Below are positions 25,093-34,634 of a DNA stretch of 64,000 bases, piece after piece. The notes under the pieces are model-generated. The model saw only the letters and a list, made by a program, of their open reading frames with translations. It was not told where the DNA came from and made no database searches. How positions within the stretch are numbered: the stretch's first letter is position 1; each line of letters begins with the position of its first letter. The DNA is taken from the NCBI GenBank assembly GCA_051047955.1, contig JBPGPT010000030.1:124001-188000 (forward strand), written 5' to 3'. The position numbers and the translations under genes are program-made. Source of the stretch: Cystobasidiomycetes sp. EMM_F5 (lineage: Eukaryota).

Positions 25093-26594
25093 TCAACGCT
25101 TTTGACGCCCTGGTTCCCTCTCCGTCTTCTTTCGCGGACCGCTCGCTGATGCTCGCCTTGTACTGCTTGTCGTGTCAGCTACCGCAGATGCTCTAGTTTT
25201 ACCTTCTGTCTTGTTTATAGATGCAGTAGCCCCGCCTCTAGCCCGGGGAGCACGAGCTGTCGGTGATCTTCTATCTTGTTTTTCGGTCGCAGCAGTCTTC
25301 CTCTTGGCTGAGAGGCGCGTTTACTGTCAGCTCTGCCACCACAGTTCTGGAAAGTGTGCAGCTTACTTTTAGGACTTTTGTACGGCGTGTCGTCTACCTC
25401 CGAAGCGGTTTCGGTGTCATCCTCACCTTCTTCGCCAACAACGTTCTTCTCGTTCTGGACCTCCTCGCCGTCCGCCATTTGCTCATCGTCATTCTCGTCT
25501 TCCGTTCCGTCGCGCTCGTCCGCTTCCTGCTCCTCTTGTTCTGCTTCCTCGCTCTCGGATTTTGGAAGAGCGTCCTCACTCTTGCCCGTGGGCTTACTGT
25601 CTGGGTCTTGGTGGACTTTCTTCTTTCTTCCAGCTTCGCCTTCGCTGAGTTCCGACAGAGTGGAAGCGGATTCCGACAGTGTCTCGTCCTGACCAGCCCC
25701 AATTTGCGCTTGCCGTCTTGCTTGTTTCCGGCGATGACCGCGCCTGGACGCTCTAGGTACATCTTCCTCCGCATCTCCCAGACTTGCTCTTTTGCCTCTT
25801 CGCCCTTTTGTCCGGCCCTTTTCTGTTAGATCTTTGGTAGGACTTGCTGAATCTCGTAATCTCGCCTCGCCATCATCGACAGCTTCCGCCTTTATTGGAG
25901 TTAGTTGCTCATCCTCGCCTGCGTCTGCTTCATCGGTCTCGCGCATTCGGACTGTTGTTTCCGCGTCCATCTTTTGATCCCCTTCATCATCGGGCGCAGA
26001 CAAGTCCGAGTCTCCAGAGTAGTCCAGCTCGTCTTTGAAACCCAACTGGCCTGGCGACGATGAAGGGGCTCGCCTTCTCCTCTCGAGCTCTTCATGAAAG
26101 CTCACTTTGTGTACAAGATCGAACGGCGTTGGCTCGACAAGATTCTCTGGACGCTCGTGAGTTCCTGATGTCCTTCGAGACCGACGGGGCGGAGGGGGCC
26201 GCTTGTTTGTGCTTGTACTCGGGGCGCCGGTGCTAAAGGCAGCTTGAGTCGTTGCAAGAATGTAATCGTCGGCTTTTTGTGCAGCTTCCAGATCAAGGGA
26301 CTGTCAATGTAGCACGTCAGCGGCCTAAACACCGTATTCGAACGCAAAACTCACATCCTCGTTGAGCATTCGCAAATCATACAGGGTGTGCAACTTTGAC
26401 CATACTTGGTCGCTCGTCACACGGCCTTCGCCCAACTTTGCGTCAATGATGCGCAGAATGGCAATCATTGCCCAGTGCTTCTGCAGGCCGACTGGTCGGG
26501 CGTGTATGATTGCGCTCAGCAGGGCAAACTCGCCCTCTGCGGTATCGAGGATGGGCACGACTGCCGGCTCTGCGGACGACGACGACGACGACAT
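25093..26594 (-). CDS. EAF7: NuA4 subunit Eaf7/MRGBP (CT20 family) with acidic/basic disordered tail
   Basis: EFALLSAIIHARPVGLQKHWAMIAI...VWSKLHTLYDLRMLNE matches the CT20/Eaf7 signature. Two introns give one open frame ending EPGRQKR*. Confidence 0.85.
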
Positions 26595-26704
26595 TCCCGG
26601 AAGGACATGCAGTGGTCAGGACAGCGAGTTGGCAAGTTGAAAGCAGAAGTTGTTTGCATTTGGCGGGTGTCAAAGCGACTGGCTGCGATTAACAGCTCGG
26701 AGTA
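26595..26704. promoter_or_regulatory. Compact bidirectional promoter region EAF7/NTAQ1
   Basis: Only 110 bp separate the divergent ATGs. Confidence 0.55.
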
Positions 26705-27544
26705 ATGTCAACTGATAGCGGCATTGCCAGCAAACTTCACCAACACCCGTATACTGCATACTACTGCGAGGAGAATGTCTACCACCTCGTCCAATGGCTG
26801 AAGAGCCAGAAACAGTCCGCCCAGGTCTTCGCCGTCTTTGTGACAAACGACGCCAGGCAGAACCTGCTGTTCTACCAGAAGGCGTCCACACCAGAACGGC
26901 AGTATGTCGTGTGGGACTACCACGTCTTTGCCGTTGTCGTCGAAGGCGGAACGGCTACCGTGTGGGATCTCGACTCTCAACTTGGCCTGGCAGTACCCTT
27001 CGATGGTGGGCGATCCGCTATACACCTCCGGGTGGGCCATTTTAACGCAGTCCCCCTCAGAGTATGTTGCCGAAACGTTCCGACCTCACCTTTACAAGCC
27101 AGGCGGCGTCGTACAGACTCTGACCGAGCTGGAGCCACCGTGCGTATAGAGCTCGCGGCCGTTGCAGCACAACAATTGATGGCATACTGTATGTGAATAC
27201 TCAGATGCTTCCGTATCGTTGATGCAGCGAACTTCCTGGCCTACTTTGCTTCAGATCGCTCCCATATGTTACTTCCGGATACTGAAACGTACTGCTACCC
27301 TCCGCCAACCTTGCAATGTATATGCGGGCCTGCTTCGGCCATCCACGGGACGACCAATAATCTCTGGACACGTTATCTAGACGTGCGGGAGTCATCTGCA
27401 GGGGTTGTACCTCAACAAGACTGGCAACCGTGGGAGGCGAGTGGTGCCATCTACGGAGACGTCTTTAACTTGGACCAGTTCGAAAAAAGGAGATTTATAC
27501 ACGCTTCGAGCTCAGACACCCCAGCACAGGTGTCTGCTGCTTAG
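26705..27544 (+). CDS. NTAQ1: Protein N-terminal glutamine amidohydrolase (Ntaq1/WDYHV1)
   Basis: YTAYYCEENVY (catalytic Cys), VVWDYHVF (His), VWDLDS (Asp), FASDRSHM, YPPP. Confidence 0.9.
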
Positions 27545-28083
27545 CCGCATGACATCATGCCGATACTACCACAGCCTCCCGTAGGCTACCGTTATGCACG
27601 ACGACCCCAAGGAGATACACAAACACAATGCTATGCCCCGTACTCTCACGAACTCGAATGTGTTGCTAATCTGTGCAACTTAAATGGTTCGCCGTAACAA
27701 ACATATATGCCAGCCTCACTTGGATGAAGGGCAAGGAAGAGGCAAAGGCGCTGGTGCAGCATCTAGACTTCAGTCGTGGTTTGCTCGGCAGATAAGTCGT
27801 CGAAACTTGGGCGAGAGCGCAAATTGAGCATGTGAAAGATGGCAACGAACCCTTCAATGCACACAGACAAGCAGAAGGCCGGCTAGACGTACGGCGGAAT
27901 TTTTGAAGGGATAAATTGGTCTCATTGTTGAGCATGAATACGAGATAGCCATGTCGGAGCCAAAGCGACATATCACGATATCAAGTTTTGGGTGTAGCAG
28001 AGGGTCGATCAGTTGCAAATGAGGATCCCTAATTGCAGCTGAGCAGAAACGTTTGAGTTTAGCACCAATATCCTTACTGTAAC

Positions 28084-29236
28084 ATGTCTGATTCTAACGA
28101 CAAACGGAAGGCGTCGACCCTGCACAATCCGGCAACAGGTGAATGACATCCAAAATACGGGTGTGCCGGCAGCTGAGCGTCCAGAGCACACTCAGACCGC
28201 AACTCTGGCACAGTATGGCCCATCTTTCTCGCTCTCGTTATCGGTGCAGCGGCGTGGTTTCTGACGGACAAGGACCTTCGACGGGGTTTGAGTGACGTGA
28301 TTGGAATAAGGTCGCTGGCTCCGCTGGTGGAAGAAGTCCTGACGACAGAGTACACCGTGAAGATCCACGGGTCCTGGATGAGTACCTGCTCTCAGCGTGT
28401 GCTGCTTGTCGCGCACGAGAAGGAGCTGGATATTCGCCTGGAATTGGTCGACACTGCGACCAAGCAGCACAAGACCGAACAATACCTGCACAAGCAACCC
28501 TTTGGTCAAATTCCGGTACTCGAATTAGACAACAGCCAATACCTATTCGAGTCGAGAGCTATCGCGCAATACTTTGCACGCCGGTACCCAGACCGAGGCA
28601 CTCCACGTCAGATGACGGTGTAATTCACAAACTTGGTTCTCAGCTAACGCAGACTTCGACAGTGCTCGTTCATGGTCTTATGGGCAGCGCATACTACGAT
28701 GAAGCGCTATCTATCGAAGCCTTTGACTTTGGTATGTCGATAATGTCACAGATCTGACAGCATCACATCTAATGTCCTCTCGTAAAAGACCCAATCGCCA
28801 GCGTCATCTTCAAAGAAGCAGTCATGAAGCCCCGCAGCGGTGTAGCAACGAGCGAAACAATCTTATCCGCAGCCAAAATCGGCCTGGAAGGCAAACTAGA
28901 CGCGTACGAGAGGATATTAACAGGGCGACACTGGTTGGCCGGCTACAATATGACACTGGCAGATCTCTATCACTTGCCATTGGGACAGAAGCTGATCGAT
29001 GCTGGTCATGGAGCAGCTTTGATGGATGCGAAACGTCCGCACGTAGCGAAGTACGTACTTGCAATCAGCCTTTTCTGGAAGTGTACGCTGATGTACCCAT
29101 TTGGGAAAGATGGTGGAAAGCATTGTCAGAACGACCAGCTTGGAAAAAAGTCATTAGCGATGTTGATGCGTGGAAGGAAGCGGAGGCTCAACGCAAAGAT
29201 CAAGAAGCAAAAGAGGCAGCCGCCAAGACGGAGTAG
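28084..29236 (+). CDS. Glutathione S-transferase (Phi-like) with N-terminal hydrophobic extension
   Basis: STCSQRV, HKTEQYLHKQPFGQIPVL, LFESRAIAQY, ALSIEAFDF|DP, LDAYERIL...WLAG..TLADLYHLP. A first exon at 28084-28138 is joined by a 57-nt GTGAAT..CAG intron. Confidence 0.88.
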
Positions 29237-29288
29237 GGCTTGTATTTCTGTTCTCTAACGTTGAAAAAATTCTACAAACATCTTGCAG

Positions 29289-30575
29289 CTACTGACGTAC
29301 GCAAAGCTCCACGCTTGTAGCGCAGCCGCGAGCTTCTAGCTTTGAGAAGACGTCTGCGTATGGCCGATATCCTAGCTTAGTCTCGACCATGCCAGTGCGG
29401 TTGAGAAACCGCAAAACAACTTCTTCTGGCAAAGCTGATGTATCTTGCGTATGCTTAACGAGATCTGACAGCCACGCACAAGCCCGGATTGTCCATGGCA
29501 ATGCCGACACTCCATCGCCGTGCTGCTTCTGGAGCGCGTCAGGAATTGCCAATACCAGCCGCCGCAATCGTCCAACTTGAGCAAAATCCGTATAGTACTG
29601 CCATGGGTCCGACACAACCAAGTCCAAAGATCGATTCGGCAGAAAGCCATCCACAAAGGAGGGCGGTTGTATACCCAAGTATAAATGTCGACCGGCCATG
29701 TCACTTTGATAGAATGCGATCTTTTGCACGTTATTACTGGACCATCTGAGCAATTTTCGTAAAGCTTGTTCCCAGATCGCCGAATACTTTATTTCCAGAC
29801 GTTCCGGCGGAGTACAGTGCTCGCATATGGCTTCCACCAACCGCGACGTTGCCGGCCAGAAGCGGCTTTCGACGATCGCGACTGTGAATATGGAGTATGC
29901 GGACTCACTGCGGCTTGCGCGATCGTTTACATCGAATGTTGGAGCTGGTCGGTCCATCTGGTCCGACTCTAGCGCACACAGCACTAACTTGTGAAGACGC
30001 CTTCCAAATGCTAAAGTAAACATGCGGTAGGAAAACGGTGCTTCCGGGATTGTAGCTGAAATCATCAGACTTTTGATACCGGACCGCCCGATGGCTTCTT
30101 TGGTTGGAATGTACGCCTCATCTTCGTAAAGGGCATTGACTCGTTCAACGCAAGCCAGAGTCCGAAGCGATGAGCACATCTCGACGATCTGCGCAAGGAT
30201 ATTGCACGGACCCACCGTGATCGTCAATTGAACGAGTGAAGTCTGGCAGAGCGGAATCTCGAGGAGTTTCCAATATAACGCGGTAATGTCTGGCTTTTCC
30301 TCGCGCCAATATCAGCCGATCGTGCTCATTCCGTAGAAGAGCGCCGGTAGACCAACGAACCAATGGGCGACAACGTCTATTGATTCGAAAAGCCGCTTTT
30401 GCGCTGCTTCTCGATTGCCGACGCAAACGAGCGATAAAGCTGCGCAGTCTGTTAAACGGGCATACTCGGTAATGAGTAGGCATATGTCGAGCGGAAGCGG
30501 AGGTCGGTCACGCTGGCGAGGTTGCTTGAGCAGGCGCTGACGATATACAGCTGAGATCTGACCGATGAGCGCCAT
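29289..30575 (-). CDS. F-box-like protein, family B paralog 1 (probable 63-nt intron 30294-30356 removes an in-frame TGA)
   Basis: PLPLDICLLITEYARLTDCAALSLVCVGNREAAQKRLFESID. The downstream ORF is in the same frame and shares GPC, YxMFxLA, LVxSDPW and LPEEVV motifs with its neighbours. Confidence 0.75.
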
Positions 30576-30884
30576 CGTAACATGAAGTGGACAAAATGAT
30601 GAGGACAGAAACGCATCTCGGTCACTCGGATCGTCCTCGCACGGGTGCGAAAGTACCCTGCGTGTCGTCAGCGCCTGTGTTGTTGCCGCTTTACGCTTTG
30701 GACGCGAAAGGCCTGAGCATTATGCGTGCCGCGCGGCAAAGCCAGTACTCGCATATGTACTATAGAGAGCAAGCCCTTTACCATTTCAGCTAAACTACAG
30801 TATGTGAAGTGATGTACGATGTCAGAATCAACGGAGTCAAGGAAGACATCCCAAGCTGAGCGTAAAGCATCGGGGCGGTTGTGC

Positions 30885-32276
30885 CTATGCGTGGCGTGAA
30901 AACAAGATTTCATCGCGCATGTCGAAAATTGTTCTACCTCGGTTGGAGCTTCCGCCACGCTTCTTGGGCTCAGGGTCCGGGATGCTCTGACATCGTGGTC
31001 TATCGATGTACAAGAAAGATCTGCTGACGGCAAGTCGGTCGCACGCCTTCATATAACTCGGCAGTAGTCGCACTGTCGCGTCAAGACCAAAATGGTAAGG
31101 ATAACAGATTACGACCTCGCGAGGTAGAACCTGCTTTGTGGCCTTGGCCTGATCTGGCAGAGCCCGTTTCGTGTCCTCGACCACATCTTGAAGCCACGCC
31201 AGTGCCTTTCTGCACCAATGTAGTGCGCTGTTAGCGTCGACATCGGCTTCGCTTTGAAGTATCAATCGTTGAGATGGGAGGAAGCTTCGAAAGATATCGT
31301 ACGTGTCCCATGGATCCGAAAGGACCAGCTCATCGCAGCGGAATTGCTGTGGCAGTGGAGATAGGTACGGGTACATCACTTGACTATCCGGTCTCGTATT
31401 TTGTGTCAGGTCTCCCAAAGGGGGAAGAGAACAATGCAGTAGCAGCTCCATAAGTTTGAAGCTTACGTTGAGGTCGAGCTGATCTGAACCTTCAAAGTTG
31501 CGGCAGATTTGCTTCCAAGATTGCGGATGACAGGACGTGCAATCGACGAGGGCGAGAGATAACCCCGACGGCGTATGAGTCAGAGCTCGACGCACTCTAT
31601 ATTCCGGAATGGAGGCTAGTCCCTCATGTTCCACGCTCATCGCCTGCAGTACCAAAATTTGCGCAGTGTCTGCCACCGCCAAGTTGAACATCCCATAATT
31701 CAGCCGCTCGCGAGTTGGCAGGGTTGCGCGGATCTCGAGATAGGTTACTCCCGAAGCGCGAAGAGCACCAATAGCCGGTACGTATTGTATATCTGGTTGA
31801 AGATCAGGGATTGTCTGGACACAGATCAAGGTGCGTAGAGCAGGGCACATCTTGATGATCTTGGCAAAGGTGTGACATGGACCCAGCTGTAGTGTCAATT
31901 TCGTTATGCAACTGCGGCCGAAGGGGAAGCGCGTAAGAGCTAGTTGTACGGCTTGAAGTTTTGACTCCTCTCGACAAAGAACGTCGGGCGGCTCTCGGAA
32001 TCCTCGACGCACGAAATGCCATCCAAATGCGGTATCTATCGAGGCGAACAAGCGCTTCTGAGCCGGCGGCCGAAATTGACGGCAGACGAGAGAAAGCGCT
32101 CCACAATCTGCAAGAGCGGCGTAACGCAAGATTACGAGGTAGACATCAAAAGGCAGGGGAGAAGGTTTATTCGAAGCTGACTCTACTAATAGAGACGAGT
32201 CCTGATCTGGTGATGGTGAGTCGTGCAGTGGAGGTTTAAGGCTAACCAAGTACCGCGCAAAGGCCAGTTGCAGCAT
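30885..32276 (-). CDS. F-box-like protein, family B paralog 2
   Basis: PLPFDVYLVILRYAALADCGALSLVCRQFRPPAQKRLFASID, LRR/RNI-like body (CPALRTLIC), C-terminal PKKR. Confidence 0.8.
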   Translation of the reverse strand: MLQLAFARYLVSLKPPLHDSPSPDQDSSLLVESASNKPSPLPFDVYLVILRYAALADCGALSLVCRQFRPPAQKRLFASIDTAFGWHFVRRGFREPPDVLCREESKLQAVQLALTRFPFGRSCITKLTLQLGPCHTFAKIIKMCPALRTLICVQTIPDLQPDIQYVPAIGALRASGVTYLEIRATLPTRERLNYGMFNLAVADTAQILVLQAMSVEHEGLASIPEYRVRRALTHTPSGLSLALVDCTSCHPQSWKQICRNFEGSDQLDLNVSFKLMELLLHCSLPPLGDLTQNTRPDSQVMYPYLSPLPQQFRCDELVLSDPWDTYDIFRSFLPSQRLILQSEADVDANSALHWCRKALAWLQDVVEDTKRALPDQAKATKQVLPREVVICYPYHFGLDATVRLLPSYMKACDRLAVSRSFLYIDRPRCQSIPDPEPKKRGGSSNRGRTIFDMRDEILFSRHA

Positions 32277-32875
32277 TGCGAATGGCTCAGAGGATCCGTC
32301 AGAAGAAATACAGTCTCACGAACGAAGGGAACATGGTCTTTATTCTGCGAACAATAACGGTGCGCACACAAAGAGCGCGCGGTCAATGCGCGATGAATGG
32401 AATTTCGCACATGCATCAAGGCTGACGAGGTCAGAGGGTCCCAAAAGCTTTCCGTCAGAATGTAGGCAGCGACCGGCTCGTGTAAGCAGCAGCGCTGCAG
32501 ACTGCAGGAACCAGTCAATCAGCTTCTCGAGCGGGCATCCGATTCATCAGCGCCGCCGAGTCTCTACCGCGGCCAGCGATAGTGTCGGCAATGACTGTCG
32601 CAGCTGGCGCTGTCATGGTATGAGTGTAGCCAGAAGGACAGATTTGGTCACTTTGGATGGTCTAGGGCGAAACGTTATGTGTGAAATGGGTGACGAAACA
32701 ACGAATGCTATAAGACTATACAACAATTCGCTATGAGCAACAGACCATCGCTAATACTAGCCATTGTCTCGATGTGCAGTGTGAATGTCCTCCTGATTCT
32801 TTGGCATATATTTATCGCTCCTTCAAAGCCCGTCCCAGTCTACGGATCCCTCAAAGACACAATGAAGCTGAATGT

Positions 32876-34129
32876 TCAGTCTAATTCGGGCGCAATCCTA
32901 CGCTTCTTGGGTTGCGGTTCGACCTCCTGGTCAAACGTGTCAATCCAAAGGCGGCAACGGCGATGCGCCAGTTTCACGAAGGTATCGATGTAACTCGGAT
33001 GTTGCAGAAGCTTCTCATCCAGCCCTTGATGAGAATGATACGTAAGGACAATCTCAGTTGGCATGAAATAGCCCGCGTTGTCCGCCGACTGTTCCAGCAG
33101 TGAGATCCACGTCAAGACCAGGTGACACCACGACAAGATGCCCTCTTCGCCACTGGTTCGGTCAGTATTCGTCAGAATCAAGCGCTCAACCGGCAGGAAG
33201 CAAGCGAGGTTGTTGAATGTATGCCAAGGATTGTTAAGAAGAAGTTCGTCGCAGCGCACTCGCTGTGGGTCGATCGAGATCACATATGGTGCGGCCTGGA
33301 GACTAAGGAAAGTGAAGCTGCGCATTGTCGGCACAGACCACTCAAGCAGGCGGTCCAGGGTGTTGTCACCATCAGTGAATGAGGGACGAACAAAAGCGAG
33401 GTGACGAGGAGGCTTATTACGATTGCAAAGACTTCCCCAGAAAGGCTGAGTTGACCGAATTTCGCAGCCTATTAGGAACAAGGCTGTCCCGGTGACGCAT
33501 GTTCGGAACCTGTGGGCTTCCAGCGCGCTCCACTGAGAACTGCGCAAAACCAGAGTTTGTACCGTGTCGGCAAATGCGAGGTTGAACATGCCATACGGTA
33601 GTTGGCCGTCCTGTGACGGTGCGTGGATTTCGAGATACGAGATACTCGACTTACGAATGACTCGTATGACAGGCTCATAGGAGACATCTGGCTGCGAGTC
33701 GACACAGACCTGCACGCATATGAGGCTCTTTAGAGAGGGACACAATTCGATGAGACCAGCCAGAGTATCACAGGGACCGGACGAGACAGTCAACTCTCGA
33801 ATCCAAGAGCAGTGATGGCGGAAACTTAGAAGGCTTGAATGCAGTGATTGTAGATCCGAGGCTGCCGGATAGACAATGTCTATGGATGTAAACAGACGCT
33901 TTTGAGCGGGATATCGGAATGCTCTGCAGACCAGGGATAGAGCAGCACAGTCCGCCAGATCGGCATTGAGGAGAATGACTGTAAAGATTTCGAACAGCAA
34001 GGCCGGTGGGCCGGTATCTCGCTGAAGGTAAGGCGGCGGCGTACGACACGACTGCTGCGACTGACACAAGTCCGCTTGTCGTATAGCTCGCTTTGAGCGC
34101 AGGTACCTTGCCAGCAGAAGCTGCAGCAT
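32876..34129 (-). CDS. F-box-like protein, family B paralog 3
   Basis: LLFEIFTVILLNADLADCAALSLVCRAFRYPAQKRLFTSID, CPSLKSLIC, YGMFNLAFADTVQTL, RCDELLLNNPW, C-terminal PKKRR. Confidence 0.8.
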   Translation of the reverse strand: MLQLLLARYLRSKRAIRQADLCQSQQSCRTPPPYLQRDTGPPALLFEIFTVILLNADLADCAALSLVCRAFRYPAQKRLFTSIDIVYPAASDLQSLHSSLLSFRHHCSWIRELTVSSGPCDTLAGLIELCPSLKSLICVQVCVDSQPDVSYEPVIRVIRKSSISYLEIHAPSQDGQLPYGMFNLAFADTVQTLVLRSSQWSALEAHRFRTCVTGTALFLIGCEIRSTQPFWGSLCNRNKPPRHLAFVRPSFTDGDNTLDRLLEWSVPTMRSFTFLSLQAAPYVISIDPQRVRCDELLLNNPWHTFNNLACFLPVERLILTNTDRTSGEEGILSWCHLVLTWISLLEQSADNAGYFMPTEIVLTYHSHQGLDEKLLQHPSYIDTFVKLAHRRCRLWIDTFDQEVEPQPKKRRIAPELD

Positions 34130-34634
34130 TAGTTAGGAGTGTATAGATTGGCACGCTCTGGAAATGAGCTGCTTCAGTGAGTCGGTCAGGAGCCCTTCAG
34201 GGTGATGAACATTAGATGTCAGCGAAATCAGCAGCGCTCGGAGCGTTCTTTTGTGCACGATATTACAAGCGGATGGTTCGAGAGCGGGAGGGTCAATACA
34301 AGGCACGGAGTCCATCAAGTCAGTCAAACGAACTCAGGTTTACGATGCATGTGGATGTCATTGTTCATGCATCTGGCGAAAGAGCAAGAAATCAAGCAAG
34401 TCTTGACACTCTTCGGGTATTGATCGGGCTTGTCCAGAAACGCAGCTTGCTATCTTGCCAGAACAACATGAATGATCCTGCATTGCTGGACTGAGGCAGA
34501 CATATAACATTGATGCTGGGTCGCTTTCACTGGCCTATCGTTCACAAAGCCAATCTACGCCTCGACTGTAGTATGGCCCAAAATACAAATACATGCGGAT
34601 AACAACCCATTCGACGCGTTATATTTGACGAAAC

